From Pseudomonadota bacterium (GTDB taxonomy: Bacteria; Myxococcota_A; UBA796; UBA2385), in NCBI GenBank assembly GCA_046051725.1, contig JBJONS010000031.1:1-33129 (forward strand): a DNA stretch of 33,129 nucleotides. Direction: 5' to 3'. A program made the translations under genes and the position numbers. Below the pieces are notes generated by a model. It did no database searches. It was not told the DNA's origin and saw only the letters and a list, made by a program, of their open reading frames with translations. How positions within the stretch are numbered: the first letter of the stretch is position 1; the number at the start of each line of letters is the position of its first letter. This document shows positions 17,151-27,450 of this stretch, piece after piece.

Positions 17151-17765
17151 GTGTCCGCTGCTCCCCCCGCTCTTCCCGCCCCTTTCGTCGTGATCCTCGC
17201 GGGCGGCACCGCCAGCGGCAAGACCACCGTGGCGGCCCGGGCCGCCGCCCAGCTCGGCGCGCTGCTGCTGCACCACGACCGCTACTACCGCGACGTCGAG
17301 CAGCCCCGCGGCCACAACTACGACCACCCCGACGCGCTGGACACCGCGCGCCTCGTCGCCGACCTCGACGCGCTGCGGGCCGGCCGCCCGGCCGCGCTGC
17401 CGGTCTACGACTTCCGCACCCACCGCCGGCAGCCCGAGAGCGAGCACGTCGAGCCCACCCCAGTGATCCTGGTCGAGGGCATCCTCACGCTCGCCGACGC
17501 CGCGCTGGCCCGCCGCGCCGACCTGCGGGTCTTTGTCGACGCCCCGGCCGACGTGCGCCTCGCCCGGCGGGTGCGCCGCGACGTGGCCGAGCGCGGCCGC
17601 GAGGTGGGCGGCGTGCTCGACCAGTACCTCGACACGGTGCGGCCGATGCACGAGGCCTTCGTCGAGCCGACCAAGGCCAGCGCCGACCTCGTGATCAACG
17701 GCACCGCGCCGATCCCCGCGCTGGTCGACAGCCTCGTGGCGGCGATCGCCGAGCGGCGCCGCTAG
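17151..17765 (+). CDS. udk: Uridine kinase
   Basis: GGTASGKTT, NYDHPDALD, PVYDF, VEGIL, RRVRRDV.ERGR and VRPMHEAFVEPTK. GTG start after GGAGG. Confidence 0.93.
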   Translation: MSAAPPALPAPFVVILAGGTASGKTTVAARAAAQLGALLLHHDRYYRDVEQPRGHNYDHPDALDTARLVADLDALRAGRPAALPVYDFRTHRRQPESEHVEPTPVILVEGILTLADAALARRADLRVFVDAPADVRLARRVRRDVAERGREVGGVLDQYLDTVRPMHEAFVEPTKASADLVINGTAPIPALVDSLVAAIAERRR

Positions 17766-19543
17766 CCGCCGGCCAGGGTCAGGTTCTGGCGGCAGCTCGC
17801 CGCCTCGTCACCCTGCAGCGCCGGGCAGGTCGCCTGCAGCAGGCGCCGGGCCTCGTCGGCCCGTCCGGCCTTGAGCAGGCGGGCCCCGACCAGCGCCCGG
17901 GCCGCCGGCGGCGCGGTGGGGGCCGCGGCGAGCCGGCGGGCGTCATCGAGGGCGCCCGCGTCGAGCGCCAGCGTGACCGCCAGCGTGTGCAGCGGCCCGA
18001 CGGCCTCGGGCGGCGGCGCGGCGGCCCCGGGCGCGCCGGGCAGGGCGGGGGCGAGCACGGTCCAGGCCCGGGCCCCCTCGCCGGCGGCGCGCAGCAGCAG
18101 GGCGTGGTTGTAGGCGGTGACCGGCTGGGCGGCGCTGAGCGCGGCCCCGCCCTCGTCCCACCACGCGTCGGCCAGCGGGGCGGCGCCCTGGCGCACCGCG
18201 CAGCCCCAGCCGAGGCGCAGCAGGGCCGGGTGCACGGCGGCGGGCGGGCCGAGGGCGGCGCTGCAGCCCGCCGGATCGCCCGCGGTGTCGCGCGCGGCGG
18301 CCCAGCGCAGCAGGCCGGGTCCAGCGCTCTCGCGCAGCCCCGAGATCACGCTGTCGGGCAGCCCGCCCAGCGCGATGCCCACGTCGACGATGACGCCCTG
18401 CACGTCATAGTCGGTGGATGTGCTCAGGCGCTCGACCAGGGCCAGGGCCTCGGCCCGCTGGCCCAGCGCGGCGAGGCGGCGGGCGCGGGCGGCGTTGAGC
18501 AGCTCGACCTCGGGGTGGCGGGGCAGGGCCTTGGCCTCGACCACGCTGGCCTTGTCGAGCTCGCCCCGCTGCACGTGCAGCAGCACGAGGTGGGCCGAGG
18601 CGATGCCGCGCAGCTCTTCGGCCTTGGCCGCGTCGGACGCCCGCACCACGCCCGAGATCGCCCCGCTGCGGTGCACCACCAGCCAGTCTTCGGCCTCGAT
18701 CGCCGCGCGCAGGTCGTCGATCGCCCCGCTCGTGTTGCCCACCCGGGCCCGGGCGATGCCCCGCAGGGCCCGGGCGTCGCCGCGGGTCGGCCGGGCCGCG
18801 ACCACCGGGTCGAGCAGCAGCAGGGCGCCCGCCGGGTCGCCGGCGTTGACGCGGGCGAGGGCCTCTTGGACCTGCTTGAGCTCGGCCTCGGCGCTCTGGT
18901 CGGCGTTGAGCGGCATCCAGCCGATGAGCTCGGGGCCGGCGGCGGCGCAGCGGTCGGCCAGGGCCGGATCGACCCGGGCCCGCAGCTCTTGGAGCACCGC
19001 GACCTCCATGCAGGCGCCGACGGGGGCAGGCAGCCGCTCGACCGCCTGGGCGGCGAGGCGCTGGGCGGCATCGCCCTCGCCCAAGCGCAGCAAGGCCTGC
19101 AAAAGAGCGGCGTGCGCGGCGATGTCGTCGGGGGCCAGCTTGAGCGCCTCTTCGGCGGCGACCCGGGCCCCCGCCGCGTTCTGGCGCACGAAGCGGGCGC
19201 TGCTGAGCAAGGTGTGGGCCTCGGCCTTCTTGGGCCAGGCCGCGGTGAGGCCGCGGGCCAGGGCCTCGGCCTCGGCGAGGCGCCCGAGCCGCAGCAGCAC
19301 CATGCCCTTGCCGTGCAGCGCGCTGCCGCAGGTGGGGTCTTGGGCGAGCACCTCGTCGTAGGCGGTGAGCGCCAGCTCGAGCTGGCCGCGGGCCTGGGCG
19401 ACCACCGCCTCGCTGTAGCGGGCCGCGCCGCGCTCGCTGACCGCCCAGCCGGCCCAGGCGGCGCCGGGGGCCCAGAGCGCGCCGATCAGCGCGAGGAGGA
19501 GAGCGGGGGCGCGGCGGCCGCGCGGCGCGGGGGGGCGGTGCAT
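17762..19543 (-). CDS. Secreted tetratricopeptide-repeat protein
   Basis: GGAGG RBS and ATG 19543. Signal peptide (ALLLALIGALWAPGAAWA). Multiple TPR-like units (ALTAYDEVLAQDP..ALHGKGMVLLRLGR; ARALRGIARARVGN..GAIDDLRAAI). Confidence 0.85.
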   Translation of the reverse strand: MHRPPAPRGRRAPALLLALIGALWAPGAAWAGWAVSERGAARYSEAVVAQARGQLELALTAYDEVLAQDPTCGSALHGKGMVLLRLGRLAEAEALARGLTAAWPKKAEAHTLLSSARFVRQNAAGARVAAEEALKLAPDDIAAHAALLQALLRLGEGDAAQRLAAQAVERLPAPVGACMEVAVLQELRARVDPALADRCAAAGPELIGWMPLNADQSAEAELKQVQEALARVNAGDPAGALLLLDPVVAARPTRGDARALRGIARARVGNTSGAIDDLRAAIEAEDWLVVHRSGAISGVVRASDAAKAEELRGIASAHLVLLHVQRGELDKASVVEAKALPRHPEVELLNAARARRLAALGQRAEALALVERLSTSTDYDVQGVIVDVGIALGGLPDSVISGLRESAGPGLLRWAAARDTAGDPAGCSAALGPPAAVHPALLRLGWGCAVRQGAAPLADAWWDEGGAALSAAQPVTAYNHALLLRAAGEGARAWTVLAPALPGAPGAAAPPPEAVGPLHTLAVTLALDAGALDDARRLAAAPTAPPAARALVGARLLKAGRADEARRLLQATCPALQGDEAASCRQNLTLAGG

Positions 19544-19685
19544 GGGGTCCTCCGGAGGCGGGCGCTGGACCGTGGCGCAGGGGGCGCGGTTCCCGCGTCG
19601 GTTATCCTCCGCCGGGCCGGCGCCCGGCCGACGCCCCGGCCCTGCCCGCGCCCCGCCCAGCCCGCCCGCGCGCCGAGGCCCGACC

Positions 19686-21779
19686 ATGCCCGAGGGCCGC
19701 CGCACCCGCCCGAGCACCCTGCTGCAGCGCCTGCTCCGCGCGGCGCTGGTCCAGGGCCGCGGCGAGGCCCGCGCGATGGAAGAGGCGATCCACCTCGCCA
19801 GCGTGCTGCGCCTGATCGGCCTCTTCGTGGTCAGCATCGCCCTGCCCGCCACGCTGCTGTCGTACTTCGCCGTGCGGGCCGCCCGCGTCGAAGAGGCGCT
19901 GGTGGTCAATGATCTGCGCCGAGAGGGCGCGGTGGCCGCCGACACCTTCTGGGCCGGGCTCGACCGCGACTTCACCGGCTTTGAGCAGCGGGTGGTCGAC
20001 CGCCTGCGCTCGGGCCGCAGCCCGCTCGACGCGGCCGGCGAGCTGCACCCACAGCTGCGGGTGGCCCTGCGCTTTGACCAAGAGGGCAACCTGCGGGCGC
20101 CCTTTGTGGTGAACGACGCCGAGCAGCCCCTGCCCGAAGAGGACCTCTTCCACCCCGCCTGGCGGGCGGCCGAGCGCGCCGCGGCCGACGGGGCGCCGAC
20201 CGAGGTGCAGATCGCCCTGCTGCGCGCTGTCTTCGCCGAGCACAGCAGCCCGGTCGTGCGGGCCCGGGCCCAGCTCGACGAGGCCCGCCTGCGCCTCAAG
20301 CAGGGCCAGACCCGCGAGGCGATGGCCCTGCTCGACGCCGTGATCAGCCGCGGCGAGCCGGCCCGCGACCCCTACGGCCTGCGCCTCGCCGATCAGGCCC
20401 GCCTGATGCGCGCCGACGCCCTGCTGCAGCGGGACCCCGAGGCGGGGTCGCGGGCCCTGCGCACCCTGGTCGAAGAGCTGCTGTCCGAGAGCTGGACCGT
20501 GGGCCAGGGCGGCGAGGCCGCGCTGGCCGCCCGCGCGCTGAGCCTCGTGCCGCCCGGGGCGGCGGGCGACTGGGCGCCGGTCGCCCGCGGGCGCTTGGCC
20601 GAGCGCAGCTCGATGCTCTACTGGGCCGCCGCCCTGCTGCCCGAGCTCGACCCGGTCTTCGGCGCCACGCCTGGCCGGCTGCCCGACGGCGTGGTGCGGT
20701 GGGAGCTGAGCGACCGGGCGCTCTGGGCGACCACCTGGTGGGGCGACGACTACTACGCCTTCGGTCTCGACCTCGAGAACGTCCTCAGCGAGCTGCAAGC
20801 CGACGCGCGGGCTGCGGTGGTCGCCGACAGCGACGTGAGCGCCTACCTGCTGAGCCCCAACGAGAAGCCGCCCCAGGACGCGCTGACCAGCAAGAGCTTG
20901 GGCCCCTGGCTCGGCGGCTGGACGCTGGTGGTCGCCCTGCGCGACGCCGAGCGCCTCGAGGCCGAGCGGGCCGACCGCCGCGACCTGCGCGCGCTGATCG
21001 TCGGCTCGGCCCTCTTTGTGCTGCTGGCCGGCAGCTTTACGACCCTGGCCATGCTGCGCCGCGAGCTGCAGGTGGCCCGCCAGCAGACCGACTTCGCCGC
21101 CAGCGTGAGCCACGAGCTGCGCTCGCCGATCACGCACATCCGCAGCCAGGGCGAGGCCCTGCTCTACGGCCTCAAAGAGACCGACGAAGAGAAAGAAGAG
21201 GCCTTCCTCAGCATCGTGCGCGAGAGCGAGCGCCTGTCGCGCCTCGTCGACAACGTGCTCGACTTCGCGGCGATCGAGCGCGGGGCCAAGCGCTACGCCC
21301 TGCGCCCCGGCGACATCGCCGAGACGGTGATGAACGCCATCGACAGCATCAGCTCGGCCCAAGAGGTCCAAGACAAAGAGCTGGACGTCGATCTGCCCGC
21401 CGACCTGCCGCCGGTCGCCCACGACGCCGACGCGATCGCCCAGTGCGTCATCAACCTCGTGAGCAACGCCGCCAAGTACTCGCCGGCCGGCGGCTGGATC
21501 GGCGTGCGCGGCCGTGTCGTCGAAGGTGGCGTGCAGATCACCATCTCAGACAAGGGCATCGGGATCGCCGCCCACGACATGCAGCAGATCTTCGAGCCCT
21601 TCTTTCGCAGCCGCGACGCGATGGCCCGCAAGCGCAAGGGCACCGGCATCGGCCTGACCATCACCCGCTACATCATGAACGCCCACGGGGGCGAGGTGAC
21701 GGTGGCCTCGCGGCCGGGCCAGGGCAGCACCTTCACCCTGCGCTTCCCGAGCGAGGCCCCGCAGGCCCCGCGCCGCTGA
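19686..21779 (+). CDS. Membrane sensor histidine kinase (HisKA + HATPase_c) with a large extracytoplasmic domain
   Basis: Two TM segments, H-box SVSHELRSP, N-box NLVSNAAKYS, DKGIGI, IFEPFFR and GTGIGL. The start is uncertain (ATG 19686 or 19776). Confidence 0.93.
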   Translation: MPEGRRTRPSTLLQRLLRAALVQGRGEARAMEEAIHLASVLRLIGLFVVSIALPATLLSYFAVRAARVEEALVVNDLRREGAVAADTFWAGLDRDFTGFEQRVVDRLRSGRSPLDAAGELHPQLRVALRFDQEGNLRAPFVVNDAEQPLPEEDLFHPAWRAAERAAADGAPTEVQIALLRAVFAEHSSPVVRARAQLDEARLRLKQGQTREAMALLDAVISRGEPARDPYGLRLADQARLMRADALLQRDPEAGSRALRTLVEELLSESWTVGQGGEAALAARALSLVPPGAAGDWAPVARGRLAERSSMLYWAAALLPELDPVFGATPGRLPDGVVRWELSDRALWATTWWGDDYYAFGLDLENVLSELQADARAAVVADSDVSAYLLSPNEKPPQDALTSKSLGPWLGGWTLVVALRDAERLEAERADRRDLRALIVGSALFVLLAGSFTTLAMLRRELQVARQQTDFAASVSHELRSPITHIRSQGEALLYGLKETDEEKEEAFLSIVRESERLSRLVDNVLDFAAIERGAKRYALRPGDIAETVMNAIDSISSAQEVQDKELDVDLPADLPPVAHDADAIAQCVINLVSNAAKYSPAGGWIGVRGRVVEGGVQITISDKGIGIAAHDMQQIFEPFFRSRDAMARKRKGTGIGLTITRYIMNAHGGEVTVASRPGQGSTFTLRFPSEAPQAPRR

Positions 21780-21947
21780 CGCGCCCGCCCGACCGGAGCC
21801 CGCCGCGCAGCGGCGGTCGGCGCAGCCGACCGAGCCGGGCGGACGCCGATCCCGCCGCGAGGCGGAGCGGCGGCCGGGGCCCCGGCGACGGGCGGAGGGG
21901 GGGCCAGGGCGCCCAAAACCCCACGCCGCCGCCGGGAGGCCGCCCGA

Positions 21948-23846
21948 TCAGGCCGGGCTGCCGTCGGCGTTGAGCACCTCGGTCGGGGTCACCGGGGCAG
22001 CGCCGGCGGCGAGGCCGCGCGCGGCGGTCTCCATCAGGGCCTGCAGGCGGCCGGCGAAGCCCTCGGGGTCGTCGAGGCGGCCCTCAGCGATCGCGGCGTG
22101 GTCGAGCAGCAGGCGCGCGAAGGGCTCGAGCCCGGTCTGGCCGTCGGCGTTGAGGCGGGCCAGGGTCTTGACCATCGGGTGCTCGGGGTTGACCTCGAGC
22201 ACGCGCTTGGTGGCGCTGACCTGCTGGTTCGCCGCGCGCAGGATGCGCTCCATGTTCGCGCCCATGCCGCCCTCGCGGTCGACCAGCACCGAGGGCGAGT
22301 CGGTCAGGCGCGAGCTGAGGCGGACCTCGGCCACGTCCTTGCTGAGCAGGCCGCCCATCCAGCTCACGAGCGGGGTCGCCTGCTCTTTGGCGGCCTTGGC
22401 GATCGGGTCCTCGTCCTCGTCGGGCAGGGGCGGCAGCTCGCCGGTCGCGGCGTTCTTGAGCGCGGTGCCCTCGACGTCGCGCAGGCTCATCACGACCCAC
22501 TCGTCGACCGGGTCGGACATGAGGATGACCTCCCAGCCGCGCTTCTTGAAGCCCTCGAGGGCCGCGGCCTTGCCGATGCGCTCTTTGTCGACCGAGGTGA
22601 AGTACCAGAGGTGCTCTTGGCCGTCTTTGAGGTCTTTCTTGACGTCGGAGAGGCTGCGCAGCCCGCCGTCGCTGGTGGTGGTGGGGTAGCGCAGCAGCTC
22701 GGTGAGCTGGTCTTTGGCGCCCTCACCATCCTCGTGCACGCCCTCTTTGATGATGTGGCCGTACTCTTCCCAGAAGGTGGAGTAGGCGTCGGCGTCGGTG
22801 CGGCTGAGCTCGACGAGCTTGCGCAGCACGCGCTTGGTGAGCTGCTTGCGGATGCTGCGGACCACCGGGGTCTGCTGCAAGATCTCGCGGCTCATGTTGA
22901 GATCGATCTCGGCGCTGTCGACCACGCCGGTGACGAAGCGCAGGTAGCGGGGCACCAGATCGCCGGCGTTCTCAAGCACCTTGATGCGCTTCTGGAACAG
23001 CTTGAGGCCGACCTTGTAGTCGAGGCGGTCGAGCTCCCACGGGCGCTTCTTGGGGATGAAGATGATCGCGCTGTACTCGACGCCGCCCTCGGCCCGCACG
23101 TGGACCCAGGTGAGCGGGTCTTGCCAGTCGCCCGAGATGTGCTTGTAGAGGGCGATGTACTCGTTGTCTTCGACCTCAGACGGGCTGCGGGTCCACAGGG
23201 CGGCGTCTTGGTTGGCCCGCTCGTCGCCGACGATGACCGGCCACTGCACGTAGTCGCTGTGCTTGGCGACGATCTCGCGCAGACGGTCGGTGTCGCAGAA
23301 CTCAATCGCCTCGTCGCGCAGGTGCAGGATGACGTCGGTGCCGCGATCGGCGCGGTCGCCCGTGGTGAGGTCGTAGGCCTCGCCGCCGTCGCTGACCCAG
23401 TGGATCGGGGCGGCGTCGGGCAGGGCCGAGAGGCTGCGGACCTCGACCTTCTCGGCGACCATGAACGCCGAGTAGAAGCCGACGCCGAACTGGCCGATCA
23501 GGCCCTCGGCGTTCTCGCCGCGCTCTTTGAGCATGTTCGCGAAGGCCTTGGTGCCCGAGCGCGCGATGGTGCCGAGGTGCTCGACCGCCTGATCGTGGGT
23601 CAGGCCGACGCCGTCGTCGCTGATCGTGATGGTCTTCTGGTCCTTGTCGACGGTGACCTTGACGCCCGGCTCGCCGGCGGCGGGCCGCAGGTCGGCGCGG
23701 GACAGGCCCTCGAACCGGGCCCGGTCGAGCGCGTCGCTCGCGTTGCTGATCAGCTCGCGGAGGAAGATCTCGCGGTCGGAGTAGAGGCTGTGGGTGACCA
23801 GGTGCAAGATCTGGCGGACGTCCGCCTCGAAGCGATGGCTCTCCAT
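21948..23846 (-). CDS. htpG: Molecular chaperone HtpG (Hsp90)
   Basis: HSLYSDREIFLRELISNASDA, LGTIARSGT, IGQFGVGFYSAF, LNMSREILQ and LEVNPEHP. Confidence 0.98.
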   Translation of the reverse strand: MESHRFEADVRQILHLVTHSLYSDREIFLRELISNASDALDRARFEGLSRADLRPAAGEPGVKVTVDKDQKTITISDDGVGLTHDQAVEHLGTIARSGTKAFANMLKERGENAEGLIGQFGVGFYSAFMVAEKVEVRSLSALPDAAPIHWVSDGGEAYDLTTGDRADRGTDVILHLRDEAIEFCDTDRLREIVAKHSDYVQWPVIVGDERANQDAALWTRSPSEVEDNEYIALYKHISGDWQDPLTWVHVRAEGGVEYSAIIFIPKKRPWELDRLDYKVGLKLFQKRIKVLENAGDLVPRYLRFVTGVVDSAEIDLNMSREILQQTPVVRSIRKQLTKRVLRKLVELSRTDADAYSTFWEEYGHIIKEGVHEDGEGAKDQLTELLRYPTTTSDGGLRSLSDVKKDLKDGQEHLWYFTSVDKERIGKAAALEGFKKRGWEVILMSDPVDEWVVMSLRDVEGTALKNAATGELPPLPDEDEDPIAKAAKEQATPLVSWMGGLLSKDVAEVRLSSRLTDSPSVLVDREGGMGANMERILRAANQQVSATKRVLEVNPEHPMVKTLARLNADGQTGLEPFARLLLDHAAIAEGRLDDPEGFAGRLQALMETAARGLAAGAAPVTPTEVLNADGSPA

Positions 23847-24012
23847 GGGGGCTCCAGCGGCCACAGCGGGCCACACGACAGGTTGTGCGAAAAAGGGGCG
23901 CGCGCGCGGCGCCACCGGCGGTGGCTGCCCTAGGGACGGCCCCCCCCTCCGTCAAGGGCAGGGCCAAAGGCGGCCGGCAGGCCCCGGTCGGGGCGGCCCG
24001 CCCGAGCGCCCG

Positions 24013-24021
24013 TGCCATACT
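24013..24021 (+). promoter_or_regulatory. Putative extended -10 promoter of the S8 gene
   Basis: TG-C-CATACT about 33 nt upstream of ATG 24055. Confidence 0.35.
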
Positions 24022-24054
24022 GCGCGCGCCGATCCCCCCGACCCGAGACCTCCC

Positions 24055-27000
24055 ATGCGCGCCGCCGCCCTCCTCTTGCTCGGCCTGCTGCCCTCTGCCG
24101 CCGCGTCGCCCCTCTCCCCCTTCCCGGGCTGCGGTGAGCCTGGCCGGCCCGACCTCTGCCCCAACGACCTGGGCTCCACGTGGAACCTGCTGTCGTGGTT
24201 CCCGGCCGAGTGGGCCAGCGTGCGGGCCGAAGAGGTCGCGCTGGGACCCGGCTTGTGGGCCGACCGGGCCTGGGCGCTCAGCGTCGGCCTGCCCAGCGTG
24301 ACCATCGCGGTGCTGGACAGCGGCATCGAGTGGGACGCCGAAGACCTGCTGTCCAAGCACTACTTGCACGCGGCCGAGCTGCCCCTGCCCCAGCGGGCCG
24401 ACGGCAGCCCGGCCGACAGCCCCGACCTCAACGGCGACGGCGTCTTCGACATCGACGACTGGGCCGAAGACCCCCGGCTCGACCCCGCCGCGGGCCAAGA
24501 CCGGGCCGACGGCGTGCTGGACCCCAGCGACCTGATCGCCACCTTCTCAGACGGCGTGGATGACGACGGCAACGGCTTTGTCGACGACATCTCGGGCTGG
24601 GACTTCTTCTGGAATGACAACGACCCCTATGACGACACCCGCTACGGCCACGGCACGGGTGAGGCCAAAGACAGCGCGGCCGAGGGCAATGACGGCCGGG
24701 GCGACATCGGGGTCTGCCCCAACTGCCGGGTGATGAGCCTGCGGGTCGGCGACTCGTTCGTGGCCGACATCCAGAGCTTCACCGGGGCGGTGCGCTACGC
24801 CGTGAGCATGGACGCCAAGGTCATTCAAGAGGCCCTGGGCACGCTCAACCACAGCGCCGACGCCCAAGACGCCATCGACCATGCCTGGGACAATGGCGTG
24901 CTGGTCGTCGCTTCGGCGGCCGACGAGACGAGCTACCACCCCAACCAGCCCGGCGCGAACCCGCACACGCTGTACGTGCACGCGGTGCGCCACGACGCCG
25001 ACGCCCGCGAAGACAGCGAGACCTTCCTCGCCTACAGCAATTGCACCAACCACGGGGTGCGGCTCGACCTGTCGGCCCCCTCGACCAGCTGCTCGTCGGG
25101 GGCGGTCGGCGTCACCAGCGGGGTGGCCGGCCTGGTCTACAGCGCGGCCCAAGAGGCGGGCATCAAGCTCAGCGCCGCCGAGGCCTGGGCGCTGATCGCG
25201 CTGACCGCCGACGACATCGACCAATCCTGGGCCACCGACATCTTCTCGGCGGCCGAGCCGCGGTGGTACCCGACCAAGGCCGGCTGGGACCGCTACTCGG
25301 GCTACGGGCGCATCAACGCCGCGCGCGCGGTCGAGGCGGCGCTCTCGGGCCAGATCCCGCCCGAGGCCGACCTGCGCGCGCCCGGCTTCTTCCGCGTGAT
25401 CGACCCGACCCGCACGCCGACGCTGCGGGTCGAGGGCCGGGCCGCCGCGCCCCGCAGCAGCGTCGCCCGGTGGAGCCTGGAGGCCGCCCCCAAAGAAGAG
25501 CCCGACGCCGCCGACTGGGTCGAGGTCGCCAGCGGGAGCGGCGCGGTGGACGGTCTCGTCGCCGAGGTGGAGCTGGCGCCCTTCGCCGCGATGGCCAGCG
25601 CGGCCTACCGCACCTACACGCTGGCCGACGAGCAGGTGGCCCGCGAGACCGAGGTCCACAAGAAGATCCTGAGCCTGCGCCTGCAGGTCACCGACGCCGA
25701 CGGCCGCCGCAGCGAGGCGCGCAACGCGGTCTTCTTGCACGCCGACCCCGACCGCACCGCCGGCTTCGGCGGGCTGCTCGACGGCGCCTCGCTCGAGCCC
25801 TCGCCCCTGCTGGTCGATCTGGACAGAGACGGCGTTCTAGACGTGGTGCAGGCCACCGCCAGCGGCAACATCTTCGCGCTGCGCGGGGATGGCAGCCCCG
25901 TCCCCGGTTGGCCGGTGCAGACCGAGCTGCTCGAGGAGTTCGACCCGGCCCAGCCCGGCAACCACCTCGCCAACCCGAGCTTCGCCGCGGCCCGGCCGGC
26001 CCGGGCCAGCGTGCTCGGCAGCCCGGCGGCCGGCGACATCGACGGCGACGGGGCGCCCGAGGTCATCGTCGGCAGCCTGCGCGGGCAGCTCTGGGCCTTT
26101 CACGGCGACGGCAGCGTGTTGGACGGCTTCCCCGTCGCCCAAGACCCAGTCGACCGCGCCGGCCTGGGCGAGCAGCTGCGCCTCGACGAGGGCTTCTTCT
26201 CGTCGCCGGCCTTGGGCGATCTCGACCAAGACGGCGCGCTGGACATCGTGATCGGCGGCATGGACGGCCAGGTCTACGCCTGGCGGGGCGACGGCAGCCG
26301 GATCGAGGGCTTCCCCGTGCTGCTGCAGCACCCCGACTCTGCGGCCGACGGGGTCCGCCAGCGCACCGTGTCGAGCCCGGCGATCGGCGATCTCTCCGGC
26401 GACGGCGTGCCCGACATCGTGATCGGCAGCAACGAGCCGGTGCGGGGCACCTACGCGCCGCTGTGGGCCATCTCGGGCAGGGGCAACGACGACCCGGGCG
26501 GGGCCGTGCTGCCCGGCTGGCCGGTGCTGCTGTTCGGCAGCGGGGCCGACGTGCTGCCGATGGTCGGCGAGGGCACCCCCCAGAGCCCGCTGCTGGCCGA
26601 CATCGACGGCGACGGCGCGCTCGAGGTGGCCTGCCACGGCACCGCGGGCCCGCTGGTGGTGCTGCGGGCCGACGGCAGCCAAGTCTATCAGGCGATCAAC
26701 ACCTTGGACGGCTACGGCCCGGGCAGCAACGTCTATGACTCGGCGTCCTTCCCCTTCATCAACAGCCCGAGCGCCGGCGACCTGAACGGCGACGGGCAGA
26801 TCGATCTGGTGACCGGGGCCATCGGCAGCGGCTACCTCGTGAACGCGCTCAATGACGGCCAGCGCACCCGCTTCGACTTCCCGATCATCGCCTGGGACGG
26901 CGCGACGGGCCGGCCCCTGCCCGCCTGGCCCCGCCAGCTCGAAGACATGCAGTTCTTCATGAACCCGGCGATCGCCGACGTCGACGGCGACGGGCAGGTC

Positions 27001-27450
27001 GAGATCATCCACGGCTCGGGCGGCTTCTTGCTCCACGCGCTCTCGGCCGACGGCACCGAGCCGGCGGGCTGGCCCAAGCTCACCGGCCAGTGGATCTTGG
27101 GCAGCCCCACCGTGGGCGACATCGACGGAGATGACCTGCTCGAGGTCGTCGTCGGCACGCGCCAGGGCGAGCTCTTCGCCTGGGACACGCCCGCCCCGAC
27201 CTGGGCCCGGGTCGACTGGGCCGGTTTTGGCCACGACCCAGCCCACACCCTCAACGCCGAGACCGCGCTGGTCGGCTGGAACGCCGAGCCGCCGGTGAGC
27301 GACACCGCCGACTCGGGCGGGGCGCCGTTCGACAGCAAGACCCAGCCCGGCGGCTGCGGCTGCGCCGGGGCCCCGCGGGGCGCGGGCGGAGGAGCCGGCC
27401 TGCTCGCGCTCGGCCTGGGCGCCCTGCTGCTGCGGCGGCGGAGGGCCTGA
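24055..27450 (+). CDS. Secreted S8 (subtilisin-family) serine peptidase with FG-GAP/VCBS repeats and a MYXO-CTERM-like anchor
   Basis: Signal peptide, AVLDSG (Asp), DDDGNGFVDDISGWDF, YGHGT (His), STSCSSG (Ser region) and GYGRINA. About eight SPA.GD.DGDG..E/D repeats. C-terminal GGCGCA...hydrophobic...RRRR. Confidence 0.9.
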   Translation: MRAAALLLLGLLPSAAASPLSPFPGCGEPGRPDLCPNDLGSTWNLLSWFPAEWASVRAEEVALGPGLWADRAWALSVGLPSVTIAVLDSGIEWDAEDLLSKHYLHAAELPLPQRADGSPADSPDLNGDGVFDIDDWAEDPRLDPAAGQDRADGVLDPSDLIATFSDGVDDDGNGFVDDISGWDFFWNDNDPYDDTRYGHGTGEAKDSAAEGNDGRGDIGVCPNCRVMSLRVGDSFVADIQSFTGAVRYAVSMDAKVIQEALGTLNHSADAQDAIDHAWDNGVLVVASAADETSYHPNQPGANPHTLYVHAVRHDADAREDSETFLAYSNCTNHGVRLDLSAPSTSCSSGAVGVTSGVAGLVYSAAQEAGIKLSAAEAWALIALTADDIDQSWATDIFSAAEPRWYPTKAGWDRYSGYGRINAARAVEAALSGQIPPEADLRAPGFFRVIDPTRTPTLRVEGRAAAPRSSVARWSLEAAPKEEPDAADWVEVASGSGAVDGLVAEVELAPFAAMASAAYRTYTLADEQVARETEVHKKILSLRLQVTDADGRRSEARNAVFLHADPDRTAGFGGLLDGASLEPSPLLVDLDRDGVLDVVQATASGNIFALRGDGSPVPGWPVQTELLEEFDPAQPGNHLANPSFAAARPARASVLGSPAAGDIDGDGAPEVIVGSLRGQLWAFHGDGSVLDGFPVAQDPVDRAGLGEQLRLDEGFFSSPALGDLDQDGALDIVIGGMDGQVYAWRGDGSRIEGFPVLLQHPDSAADGVRQRTVSSPAIGDLSGDGVPDIVIGSNEPVRGTYAPLWAISGRGNDDPGGAVLPGWPVLLFGSGADVLPMVGEGTPQSPLLADIDGDGALEVACHGTAGPLVVLRADGSQVYQAINTLDGYGPGSNVYDSASFPFINSPSAGDLNGDGQIDLVTGAIGSGYLVNALNDGQRTRFDFPIIAWDGATGRPLPAWPRQLEDMQFFMNPAIADVDGDGQVEIIHGSGGFLLHALSADGTEPAGWPKLTGQWILGSPTVGDIDGDDLLEVVVGTRQGELFAWDTPAPTWARVDWAGFGHDPAHTLNAETALVGWNAEPPVSDTADSGGAPFDSKTQPGGCGCAGAPRGAGGGAGLLALGLGALLLRRRRA

